DNA of 64,000 nt, from contig CAWGBN010000008.1 of assembly GCA_963820825.1 (NCBI GenBank), positions 192,001 to 256,000 on the forward strand, written 5' to 3'. This document shows, piece after piece, positions 36,182 through 45,166 of this stretch. The position numbers and the translations under genes are program-made. The notes under the pieces are model-generated. The model searched no databases. It was not told where the DNA came from and was given only the letters and a program-made list of their open reading frames with translations. Source of the stretch: Vulcanimicrobiota bacterium (GTDB lineage Bacteria > Vulcanimicrobiota > Vulcanimicrobiia > Vulcanimicrobiales > Vulcanimicrobiaceae). How positions within the stretch are numbered: the stretch's first letter is position 1; each line of letters opens with the position of its first letter.

Positions 36182-36195
36182 CAAACATACGTTCG
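36182..36195. promoter_or_regulatory. putative LexA operator 1
   Basis: CAAACATACGTTCG, one mismatch to CGAAC-N4-GTTCG. Confidence 0.65.
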
Positions 36196-36202
36196 GAATC
36201 CC

Positions 36203-36233
36203 TTGACAAGCGTCGGCGCCCCCATGCTAAAAT
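36203..36233 (+). promoter_or_regulatory. putative promoter of LysM gene
   Basis: TTGACA at 36203 and extended -10 TGCTAAAAT (19-nt spacer), flanked by the two SOS boxes. Confidence 0.45.
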
Positions 36234-36241
36234 ATGGGGGA

Positions 36242-36255
36242 CGAACAGGCGTTTG
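36242..36255. promoter_or_regulatory. putative LexA operator 2
   Basis: CGAACAGGCGTTTG, one mismatch to CGAAC-N4-GTTCG. Confidence 0.65.
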
Positions 36256-36294
36256 GCACTACATATAGGCGCGGCAAGGGGGTATAAGAGTAAC

Positions 36295-36579
36295 ATGATC
36301 AGTCGACGGAAACGGTTCACGCTGATGCCGGCAATCGCGTTGGCCGCCCTCGCGCTCATGGTTGCTCTGCCGACGCTTTCGAGCGTCCGTCTCTACGCCG
36401 CTACGGCGCCTCGCTACGTCACGGTGACAGTCGAACCGGGCGATTCGCTCTGGTCGATTGCGGCGGCGCACGCGGGTCCGACCGCCGACGTCCAGGAGAT
36501 CGTCGACCGCATTAGCGATACGAACCATCTCGGCTCGGGAGCGATCCAACCGGGCGAACGGCTCCGCATCCCTCTCTAA
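36295..36579 (+). CDS. membrane-anchored LysM protein, YneA/ChiZ-like SOS division-inhibitor candidate
   Basis: N-terminal TM plus VTVEPGDSLWSIA...IQPGERLRIP; divergent from lexA. Confidence 0.85.
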   Translation: MISRRKRFTLMPAIALAALALMVALPTLSSVRLYAATAPRYVTVTVEPGDSLWSIAAAHAGPTADVQEIVDRISDTNHLGSGAIQPGERLRIPL

Positions 36580-36595
36580 CCCCTTTCCTTAGCGC

Positions 36596-36645
36596 CTGCG
36601 CGAAGCGCAGTCCTGAGCGAGCGCAGCGAGTCGAAGGGTCAGGAC
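36596..36645. repeat. REP-like palindromic element
   Basis: GTCCTGAGCGAGCGCAGCGAGTCGAAGGGTCAGGAC with GTCCTGA/TCAGGAC stem, between convergent genes; related copy at 53333-53373. Confidence 0.6.
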
Positions 36646-36656
36646 GACAAGGGGGT

Positions 36657-36869
36657 CTATCCCCGTGAGACCAGTACGATACTGTGGCCTTGGTGCTCGT
36701 CGAGGAAGGCGAGCCCTTCCATCATCCATGAGTCCAGCCCATCGCCGGAGTGGCGGGCCACCTCGCGCACGACGTGGAGGCGGTCCCTAAGCCAAGCGAG
36801 TTCGGTGCGCGTCGTCGTCGGGAAGATTGCCAGCTCGCAATCCTCACACTGATAGCCGTACTGGGCTAT
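36657..36869 (-). CDS. small CxxC-containing hypothetical protein
   Basis: (I)AQYGYQCEDCELAIFP...HQGHSIVLVSRG; probable ATA start overlapping the upstream TAG. Confidence 0.55.
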   Translation of the reverse strand: MAQYGYQCEDCELAIFPTTTRTELAWLRDRLHVVREVARHSGDGLDSWMMEGLAFLDEHQGHSIVLVSRG

Positions 36870-37599
36870 GGTTTGGTCGCCAGCGAGTCGGAGACGAGTT
36901 TGAGCGTCGTCTGAAACGTCGACGTCGCGGTCGCTTCGGTTCCGCCGTACCGGCGCTCGATGTTGTATTCGTCGACGCTCGTCGGCGCCAACTTGTTGAA
37001 ATCGTAGACGATCTTCGTCTGGACGTTCGACCGGCGTTCGCCCGCACCGCGCTGCGTAACGTCGCGCGTCTCGCTGATCTGCATGACGCCGTTGTTGTTG
37101 CCCCCAATGGTGTAGTTCGCGGTGACGTCGACCACCGGATCGGTCGTTTGGATCTTCCAATGCTGCTTCTCGTCGATCTGGTTGGGGTCGACGAAATTGG
37201 GCCGAGGAAGCGCAGGAGCGTGTACTCCTCAGTGTTCACCGTTGCGTTGGGGTCGCAGATAATGTTTGTGTTGCCGTAGACGACGCAGAGCGCTGCGCCG
37301 GCGTTGCGCCCGTTCGACCCGTGCTCGCTGATCGTTAGCACGAGGCCGCGGTCGGACTGTTCCCTCTGGATGTTGACGGTGATCTGCCCCGCGTCGTTGA
37401 GATTGCCCGAGTAATCGTGCGCCCCCGAGGTGCCGGGGTCGTTGGTCACCTCACCGCTCTGTTGAACGTCGAAGGTAAAATCGTAGACGAGCGTACGGGC
37501 CATCGGCGATGGCGTAGCGGTCGCGTCGGCAAGCGCTGCAGGGGTCGAAGCGACCACTGCGAGCGAGCAAAAGCAAAGCAATCCTTCGAACGTTCTCAT
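36866..37599 (-). pseudogene. secreted hypothetical protein, frameshifted (or assembly indel)
   Basis: Signal-peptide ORF reads to ...LLRFLGP, then continues in another frame as NFVDPNQIDEKQHW...DSLATKP; one base missing near 37199-37201. Confidence 0.65.
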
Positions 37600-37609
37600 T
37601 CGCACCACC

Positions 37610-38471
37610 TCAGTGAGAAGGTTGCAGGTTCACGCCGCAGAGCGATGCCACGGCGCCGACGGAGTCTGCGAGCTGTTTCTCGCGAGCCGTCGTCTCCTGT
37701 TGCACCGATTGAAGCACGCTGACGACGCGCGAGACGGGATTGTACCCGACGCTCAGGCCGGGCATCGCTGCGATGTCGACGGAGTACGGATTCGGCGGCA
37801 GTCCGGGCTGATTCGGATCTTGCGCCGCGGCATAGGGTTGCGTCGCCATCGGCGGCGGCGTCGTGTTCCCGACCGGTCCGTTTCCGTTGATCGACTCGAG
37901 GTACTCTTCTCCGGCATGCTGGATGTCGCCGAGCTGCTGCGTCGTAACGAAACCGTTGATGAGGTCGAGCGAAGCGCTCTGCAAGGCGATCGTCTTGAGC
38001 AGCTCGTCCCGAATCGCCTTCAGGCGCGCGTCGTCCGCGGCGTCTCCGGTGGGGCTGGTCATGGTCGTGTTCTCGACGAGTTTCTGCACTGCGATGACGT
38101 TCTGCGCCAGGCTCGGAACGAGCGCTTCCATTCGCTGCAGCGCCATATCGCGTCCGGCCGAAGTGTAGTTGGTCGCATCGTAGGCCTGCTTGGGATCGGA
38201 GTTCAGGAACGCGTTGCGAAGATAATCGTCGAAGATCGGCGGGCTCTTGGCAATATCCCGGTCGTCTTCCAAGAGCATGCCGATCGCCGGCGCAATGTGA
38301 TGTTGGAGCTCCGAACAGATCGGCCGCGTGATGACGTAAGTAGATCTGCGGCGGCTTGGTAGGCGCGGGCGACGCAGCAGCCACGGCCGACGCAGACGCG
38401 CTAAGAAGTCTCGACGGAAAGACGAGCGAGCAGAGAAGGGCGGCCACAAGTGCCGGCACGAGCCTACGCAT
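37610..38471 (-). pseudogene. secreted hypothetical protein, frameshifted (or assembly indel)
   Basis: Signal peptide MRRLVPALVAALL...PPQIY, then frame change to YVITRPICSEL...; one extra base near 38338. Confidence 0.65.
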
Positions 38472-38497
38472 TACTATTCGCGATTCGATTCTCAACC

Positions 38498-38530
38498 AAA
38501 GAAGAAGGGCCTGCCGGAGCAGGCCCTTCT
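38498..38530 (-). terminator. intrinsic terminator after TonB receptor gene
   Basis: 12-bp stem AGAAGGGCCTGC/GCAGGCCCTTCT followed by TCTTT on the minus strand. Confidence 0.75.
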
Positions 38531-38551
38531 CACGATGGATCGGGTTCTGTT

Positions 38552-41500
38552 CTAGAGCCGGATTTGTCCGGTTATGTAGAGGTTGAACGGTAAGTACCCA
38601 CCGCTCGTGTTGTTGCTCTTAGGAATGTAGGACTGCGTCTCCCACGCCATCGGCGTCGGGTTCGCGTGCTTGTCGTACGGGCTCGTGCCGTTGAAGGCAT
38701 TTGCCGTGTACCAGCCGTTGGGCAAGTAACCGCAGATCGCACCTCCCGGCGGAGCTGCCGCAGTCCACGGCTCGGCCGTTCCACCCCAACAGGCGTGGAA
38801 GATGCCGGCGCCGGTCAACTGCAACCGGACCCGCGGAGAGACGTCGTAGGTCGCCTGCAAGTTGCCGATCAGGATGTTCGGCTGCGTGTACTGGCCGATC
38901 GACGCATACGAGCCCGTCTGCGGGTTCGGGATGTAGAGGTATCCGGCTGCGGGGTACTTGCTCGCCGTTGCCGCCGAGCCGCTGACGATCGTCCGGTAGT
39001 CGCACCAGAGCGAGCTACCCGGCTGACCGAAGTGCGGATTGTCGGCGACCCCGTCCATGCCCTGGTTGTTGGTGCAGGTACGCGGGTCGTTGGCAATCGT
39101 ATCGAGCGGGCTTCCGTACGGAGCACCCGACTCGAACTGAAGGCTCGGGGTAATCGCGAGCTTATCGTGACGCCAGTTGGCCAGAATCGTGGCGACCCAC
39201 GGCGTGTTGTAGAAGCTCGGGTTGTTATTACCGCCGCTCAGTGCGAGCGCGAGTGATCCTTGCGGATACCAGGCATTGGGATCCAAGAAGCCCTGCGGCG
39301 ACTTGTTGTAGTACATGTTGTAGATCGCACCGGCCTTCTTACACGATTCCGGCGTACCGAATCCGGTAGTGAGGCCTGCGCCGCTGTAGCATTGCGATCC
39401 GCCGCCGGCCTTCGTGAGCTGGTTGTAGTTCGCGATGGCCTGATTGACGAGATTGACTTGGCTCTGGCCGAGCAGATTCTGGAACTTGACCTGCGATTGC
39501 GTGTAGGTCAAGGCCAGCGTTCCGGACCAGCCGTTGCGGCTGAAATCGCCGTAGTTGAGCGCGAGCTCAGACCCGTACGATTGCGCCTGGCCGACCGGGA
39601 TCTGCGTGACGAAGTTGGCGCCGATGAAGGACTGTTGTTCCCAGTTCGACGTTGCGTTGTAGAACGGGGTGACCTTCAGGCTCCACTGCGTTCCCGACAT
39701 GTGGTGCTCGTAGGAGAGACTGTACTGTCCCGACGACATGCCGGGGATCGGGTGGAACGGCGACAAGAAGCCGGCGTTCATGAAGCTCGCCCAGAGATTC
39801 ACGCCGCTGCCGCCCCGGTAGAGGTAGTTGACGGAGGCCGAGATCGGCGGCTCCGCATAACGACCGGCCGAGAAACGCCAGACCGTATCGGGCGACTGCG
39901 TGTACGTTCCCGAGATACGCGGTTCCCAGTAGGTTTGCGTGTACTGGCTCGGATAGCTCAGCGTGAAGGGCTTGTTCGTTTGACCCGGATGGATGTAACC
40001 CGGGGCGATGTCGCTACACGAACCGGTCGTTAGAACCGGCGTCGGCGGCGGCACTGCTCCGGCACCCAGCGGATTCGTTAGAACCTGGCCCGTGTTGTAG
40101 TTGTAGCAGACGTAATCGTTGACGATCTGCGCGTAGAACGGATTCTGCGCCTGGCTGAAGCCCGAGGGCAGATTGTAAGTGAAGCTATCGTAGCGAAGCG
40201 CCATATCGAAGAGCCACTTGTCGTTCGGACGCAGTTGATCCGATATCGCCGCGTTATAGAACTGCGGCTTTACTTGGTTGTACGTACCGGATGCGTTATA
40301 GTTCCAGAGCGACGCCCAGTAGGCGCCGGCCTTCGCCGCCGGCGATCCCGGAGGTGCGAAACCGGTCGGACCGCCCGCAGCGTTGCTCCTATAACCGCTG
40401 ATGCATCCGTTCGACGAGGGTTGGCCCGTCGAGGGATCCCAGCACGAGTAGACGCCGTTGCTCTGCGAGATGTAGCCGATCGGCGATGCGCCGCCCGCGT
40501 AGCCCGTATTGTTGAAACGGACGACGCTGGCTTGCGTGTAGTTGCCGGTCACCTGGATGAGGTTCTGGTCGTTGATCTGATTGGTGTACTGCAACTGTCC
40601 ACCGGACGTGTGCGTGATCAGATCGTAGTCGGGCGCAACGCCGCTGAACGGATACTCGAAGGCGAGCGGGCTCGATCCGGAGACCGGGCCGTCCTCGGTC
40701 CAATCCGAGAAGAACGTGTAGGCATATACGCGGAGGAACGACCGCGGATCGAGCGCGTGCGTGTACTGCAGCTTCACGATGCCGGTGTCGTTGTTGGTGA
40801 GGTCGGTGAGATTACCCGGGATCGTCCCGTCGAACGAGTGCTGCGGGCTGTTCGGCTGCGAGTAGACCTGCGTCGGCGCAACGTTAAGGCCCGCCGTGCA
40901 GACGCCCGATGCCGAGACGGTCTCGCAACTCGCGATCCGCGAACCGAAGGGCTGGTTGTAGGTAATCGCGTCGGTGTACTGTGCCTGATAGGGACCGACG
41001 ATTCCGAGGCCCTGCGGCGAGTAACCGTACCAGCCGACCTTGGCGAAACCGAAGTTCGTCGCTCCCGGACCCGCGTCGTTCGGCGCGGACTGGAAGTACG
41101 ACTTCAGCGCCGAGGCGCTCCAGAGCAGCTGCACATCATCGCGCAGCCCGTTGTGATGCGGGATGCCCATGTGCAGGTTGACCACGTTCTCGCGGTCGGT
41201 CAGGAAGTTCTCGAATCCCATCAATCCCGAGTAGGGGATCAAACAGCCCGGCGCGAGGTCTCCACCCGGCGCCTTGAGGTAACTGTCGAACGTGACGTAG
41301 CTCGTTGGGATCCCATACTGTTTCGCGAGCCACTGGTCGAAGAACGGGTTGTACTCCGACGGCGTGCTCTGGAGGTTCGCAGCCGTACATGCACCGTACG
41401 TACCGTTGCCCCACGGATTGCCGCCGAAACCGAATACGCCCGGGATCTGGCCGAGCGCATCGTAGTTGGAGAAGGCCGAACCGTAGTTGGTGATGCCGCC

Positions 41501-42421
41501 GCCGTTATTCTGATCGATATAGCGGAAGGCTTGGTTGTAACCGCTCAGACCGACGTAGTACGAGAAGTTCCGGTCGGGAGTCGACCCGCCGGCTTCAACG
41601 CCGAACTGATGGTAGAACGCGTTCGACCCGATGCCGCCGTTGATGTTGGCGTAGCCCGGGAAGGTACCGGTCTTGATAACCTGGTTGATGAAACCGGAGA
41701 CGCCGTTCGAAGCGATCGCCGACGGACCACCGCCGGTGTAGACTTCGAGCTGCTGCAAGCCGAGGCTCGACCCGGTCGAAGACGTGTAGTTGTCAAAGGC
41801 GCGGTTGACCGGAATACCGTCGTACTCGAACCCGCTGAAGAACGGATTCGAGCCGTGGATGACGACCGGCTGGTTCCAGCCCATGCCGCCCGTTCCAACG
41901 ATCAAACCCGGCGTCGTCGCGATGGCCGAGTAGATGCTATTCAGGTTGCCGCCGCCGCCGACGGCCGTGGAGGCCTGAATCTGCGCGGCGTTGACTTGAT
42001 ACAGGTCGCTGCTGATACCGGACTTGACCAAGCCCGTGGCACCAGCCGTCGAGGTTGTGTGCGCAATGACCTTGAGCTGTTTGGTCATGGTCAGTGCGAT
42101 TTGTTGCGTCTGGTCGGCGAAGACCGTAACGCCGGGAAACGAAATGTCCTGATATCCGCTTTTGCTTAAATTGACGGTGTAGGTATCAGGATTGAGCGAG
42201 AGGAGAATGAAATGCCCTCCCGCGTCCGTCGTGGTGGTCGAGACTCCCGAGGCGGCGACTGCCTGCACACTTACGTCGGCAATCGGTGCGCCGCTCGAAT
42301 CCTTGACCGTACCCGCGATGTTACCGGTGACGCCAGCCAGTGCCCATGTTCCCTGGAGCAGGAAAGCCACCAATAACGACGCGGCGGTGACCGCGTGACG
42401 GAGGGTTCGATGTGAACTCAT
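38552..42421 (-). CDS. TonB-dependent receptor-like outer-membrane protein with N-terminal carboxypeptidase-regulatory-like domain
   Basis: Signal peptide, IAGTVKDSSGAPI..L.PDTY.V, plug-like YDGIPV...GVSGFINQVIKTG, EPRISGTY and C-terminal beta-strand FNLYITGQIRL; 1289 aa. Confidence 0.85.
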   Translation of the reverse strand: MSSHRTLRHAVTAASLLVAFLLQGTWALAGVTGNIAGTVKDSSGAPIADVSVQAVAASGVSTTTTDAGGHFILLSLNPDTYTVNLSKSGYQDISFPGVTVFADQTQQIALTMTKQLKVIAHTTSTAGATGLVKSGISSDLYQVNAAQIQASTAVGGGGNLNSIYSAIATTPGLIVGTGGMGWNQPVVIHGSNPFFSGFEYDGIPVNRAFDNYTSSTGSSLGLQQLEVYTGGGPSAIASNGVSGFINQVIKTGTFPGYANINGGIGSNAFYHQFGVEAGGSTPDRNFSYYVGLSGYNQAFRYIDQNNGGGITNYGSAFSNYDALGQIPGVFGFGGNPWGNGTYGACTAANLQSTPSEYNPFFDQWLAKQYGIPTSYVTFDSYLKAPGGDLAPGCLIPYSGLMGFENFLTDRENVVNLHMGIPHHNGLRDDVQLLWSASALKSYFQSAPNDAGPGATNFGFAKVGWYGYSPQGLGIVGPYQAQYTDAITYNQPFGSRIASCETVSASGVCTAGLNVAPTQVYSQPNSPQHSFDGTIPGNLTDLTNNDTGIVKLQYTHALDPRSFLRVYAYTFFSDWTEDGPVSGSSPLAFEYPFSGVAPDYDLITHTSGGQLQYTNQINDQNLIQVTGNYTQASVVRFNNTGYAGGASPIGYISQSNGVYSCWDPSTGQPSSNGCISGYRSNAAGGPTGFAPPGSPAAKAGAYWASLWNYNASGTYNQVKPQFYNAAISDQLRPNDKWLFDMALRYDSFTYNLPSGFSQAQNPFYAQIVNDYVCYNYNTGQVLTNPLGAGAVPPPTPVLTTGSCSDIAPGYIHPGQTNKPFTLSYPSQYTQTYWEPRISGTYTQSPDTVWRFSAGRYAEPPISASVNYLYRGGSGVNLWASFMNAGFLSPFHPIPGMSSGQYSLSYEHHMSGTQWSLKVTPFYNATSNWEQQSFIGANFVTQIPVGQAQSYGSELALNYGDFSRNGWSGTLALTYTQSQVKFQNLLGQSQVNLVNQAIANYNQLTKAGGGSQCYSGAGLTTGFGTPESCKKAGAIYNMYYNKSPQGFLDPNAWYPQGSLALALSGGNNNPSFYNTPWVATILANWRHDKLAITPSLQFESGAPYGSPLDTIANDPRTCTNNQGMDGVADNPHFGQPGSSLWCDYRTIVSGSAATASKYPAAGYLYIPNPQTGSYASIGQYTQPNILIGNLQATYDVSPRVRLQLTGAGIFHACWGGTAEPWTAAAPPGGAICGYLPNGWYTANAFNGTSPYDKHANPTPMAWETQSYIPKSNNTSGGYLPFNLYITGQIRL

Positions 42422-42620
42422 GTTCGTGCTACCCTCTATCGATTTTAAGTTGTCAAAAGGCGAGCCGCCCCGCTTGTCCCGGCCCGCACTCGGCCCGGGA
42501 CCCACACAAGGTGACCCACGTTCCCAAGCATTTGCTCAGGAAAGGGTCGGTTCCTTTAGAGAGCCTTAACGCTGGGCGTCAGGCGCGGTTGCCTCACCCG
42601 GCAGTCCGGGCGGGCCTGAT

Positions 42621-43499
42621 TTAGGCTCGGACCGCCAGCCGCTCGCCGATGACCCCGGGGATCTCAGAGAGGCGTTCCGCGACCGGCACCCCGGCGGCGC
42701 GGAAGGCCGAAATCTTGCTCTGAGGCGTCCCGAAACTGCCGGAGATGATCGCTCCGGCGTGGCCCAGGGACTTGCCGGGCGGGGCGTTGCGCCCTCCGAT
42801 GAAGGCGACGACCGGGGTCTCGGGGAGGTGCGCGGCGATAAAAGCGGCGGCCTCCTCCTCGTCCGAACCGCCGATCTCGCCGCAGATCACGATCGCCTTG
42901 GTTTGGGGATCGTTCTTGAACTCCCGCAGGCACTCCACGAAGGTGGTGCCGATGATCGGGTCGCCCCCCACCCCGATGCAGGTGGATTGGCCGAGCCCGG
43001 CCCGGGTAAGCAGATCGACCACCTCGTAGGTGAGCGTCCCCGACCGCGAGACGACGCCGACGGCGCCCTCTTTGAAGACCTGGCCGGGCATGATGCCGAC
43101 CAGCGCCTTGCCGGGTGAGACGAGGCCCGGACAGTTCGGTCCGATGATGCGCATCCCGGAGGTGGCGCCGACCACCTTGAGCGTGTCGTGGACCGGAACG
43201 CCCTCGGTGATACAGACGGCGAAGGTGATCCCGGCATCGTAGGCTTCGTAGAGTGCGTCGGCCGCGAAGGGGGGCGGAACGAAGATGCAGGTGTGCGTCG
43301 CTCCCGTGGCATCGACCGCCTCTCGCACCGTATTGAAGACCGGCAGACCCTGGGGGGTCGCCTGTCCACCCTTGCCCGGCGTGACGCCGCCGACGAGATT
43401 GGTGCCGTAGCGGTGCATGCGCTCCGTGTGATAGGAGCCTTCGGCCCCGGTGATGCCCTGCACGATCACTCGGCTGTTCTTATCGAGAAAGATCGACAC
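42621..43499 (-). CDS. sucD: succinyl-CoA ligase alpha subunit
   Basis: QGITG, GVTPGKGG, IGPNCPG, SRSGTLTYE and GHAGAI motifs. Confidence 0.96.
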   Translation of the reverse strand: MSIFLDKNSRVIVQGITGAEGSYHTERMHRYGTNLVGGVTPGKGGQATPQGLPVFNTVREAVDATGATHTCIFVPPPFAADALYEAYDAGITFAVCITEGVPVHDTLKVVGATSGMRIIGPNCPGLVSPGKALVGIMPGQVFKEGAVGVVSRSGTLTYEVVDLLTRAGLGQSTCIGVGGDPIIGTTFVECLREFKNDPQTKAIVICGEIGGSDEEEAAAFIAAHLPETPVVAFIGGRNAPPGKSLGHAGAIISGSFGTPQSKISAFRAAGVPVAERLSEIPGVIGERLAVRA

Positions 43500-43502
43500 G
43501 CT

Positions 43503-44672
43503 TTACGCTCCCTGTGAAAGGCGCACCGCTTCGTGCGCTCCTTCATCCATCGTCTCTACCGGCGTCATCCCCGCCCCGCGCAGAATCCGGCGTCCCTCTT
43601 CTTCGTTGGTCCCCGTCAGACGGATCACGAGCGGAATCTTTCGCGAGGCCGTCTGCTCCATCGCTTGCACGATTCCACGCGCGACCTCGTCGCCGCGGGT
43701 TATACCGCCAAAAATGTTGACGAAGAAAACCGTCGCGCCGGTATTGTTGACGACCAGCTCGTAACAGTTGCGTACGCGCTGCGCGTTCGCACCGCCGCCG
43801 ACGTCGAGGAAATCGGCGACCTCGCCGCCCGCGTTGGCCACGGAGTCCATGGTCGCCATCGCCAGCCCCGCGCCGTTCGCCATCGTCCCGACTCTGCCGG
43901 GGAAGCGGCGAAAGTTCCGGATGCCGACGCCGGCGCTGGCCGCGAGCAGCTCGTCTTCGTCGAGCGGAAGCGCCATGCGCCATTGCTCGAACTCGGGATT
44001 GCGAAAGAGCGCGTCGTCGTCGAGCTCGACTTTTGCATCCGATGCAATCACTCGTCCGTCGGTCGTGAGCGCTAACGGATTGATCTCGACGAGCTTAGCG
44101 CCGTACCGGAAGAAGAGATCGTAGAGCGCGCCGACGATCGGGGGCAGGTGCTTGCGATATCCGGGATCGAGCTGCGCTTCGAAGGCGAGCTCGCGGCCAA
44201 TGAAGGGCGAATACCCGATCGTCGTATCGACGTAAAACTTCGCGATCGATTCGGGATGGTGCTCGGCCACCTCTTCGATGTCCATGCCGCCGAAGCGGCT
44301 CACGACGATCACCGGTTTGCGCGCCGCCCGATCGATCGTAATCGCGCAGTAGGCTTCTTTAGCGATGTCGAGGCGCTCTTCGACGAGCAGCGACTTGATC
44401 GGCTCGCCGTTGGGATTCTGGCGATTCGGCGGCATCGGCGTCGCCACGATCTCTTCGGCGACGGTGCGTCCCTGAGCGACGCCGGTCGCCATCTTGATCT
44501 TACCGGCCTTTCCACGCCCGCCCATGAGCACTTGCGCCTTGACGACCCACTCCTCGGGCTTTCCTTCGAGAAACTCGGCAACCGCTTGCGGCGACGGCGC
44601 GTGGCGGCCTTGCGGGACTGCGATGCCCGAGCGCTTGAAGAGCTCTTTGCCCTGGTATTCCATCAGATTCAT
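43503..44672 (-). CDS. sucC: succinyl-CoA ligase beta subunit
   Basis: MNLMEYQGKELF, VKAQV..GGRGKAG, EINPL, NGAGLAMATMD and NIFGGI motifs. Confidence 0.96.
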   Translation of the reverse strand: MNLMEYQGKELFKRSGIAVPQGRHAPSPQAVAEFLEGKPEEWVVKAQVLMGGRGKAGKIKMATGVAQGRTVAEEIVATPMPPNRQNPNGEPIKSLLVEERLDIAKEAYCAITIDRAARKPVIVVSRFGGMDIEEVAEHHPESIAKFYVDTTIGYSPFIGRELAFEAQLDPGYRKHLPPIVGALYDLFFRYGAKLVEINPLALTTDGRVIASDAKVELDDDALFRNPEFEQWRMALPLDEDELLAASAGVGIRNFRRFPGRVGTMANGAGLAMATMDSVANAGGEVADFLDVGGGANAQRVRNCYELVVNNTGATVFFVNIFGGITRGDEVARGIVQAMEQTASRKIPLVIRLTGTNEEEGRRILRGAGMTPVETMDEGAHEAVRLSQGA

Positions 44673-44757
44673 CGGGCTCGTGTGGTTCGCGCAGGGTCGT
44701 CGAACTCACCTTGCTGCTTTCGTCGCAAGCCGTGATAGAATGGCTGTGAGCAGCACG

Positions 44758-45166
44758 ATGGAAGAGCGCATTGCCCGGCTCGAGGGCGTCAACGAACAGA
44801 TCCGGGATCGGCTCAACGGCATCGACGTACGCCTCAACGGCATCGACGCTCGACTCACCGGCGTCCAGCGCACGATCGAAGACCGATTCAATCAGCTTCT
44901 CGAACGGATCGACTCTCACGCCGCCCAAACCGACTCCCGGTTCGGTCAAATCGATACGAGGTTTGGTCAGATCGAGAACCGCTTCGGTCAGATCGACTCG
45001 CGCTTCGTTCAGATCGACACGCGCTTCGGTCAGATCGACTCGCGCTTCGGTCAGATCGACTCGCGCTTCGGTCAGATCGACTGGTCGGCCGCGCTTTATG
45101 TGGCTTACCGGCGTCGTGATCGGCACCTGGATCACGACGATCCTAACGATCCTCTTTCACCATTAG
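44758..45166 (+). pseudogene. heptad-repeat coiled-coil protein with C-terminal membrane anchor, frameshifted
   Basis: MEERIARLEG...(RFGQIDS-type) x7, then frame change to RFMWLTGVVIGTWITTILTILFHH*; upstream TTGCTG-N18-TAGAAT. Confidence 0.65.
44938..45084 (+). repeat. 21-bp tandem repeat, 7 copies
   Basis: Consensus CGCTTCGGTCAGATCGACTCG. Confidence 0.9.

Noticed and set aside
42422..42620. Cobalamin or other known riboswitch upstream of the TonB receptor
   Set aside because: Hairpins are present but I could not find the conserved B12-box or other riboswitch motifs by eye
44938..45084. CRISPR array
   Set aside because: Head-to-tail 21-bp in-frame coding repeats with no spacers and no cas genes
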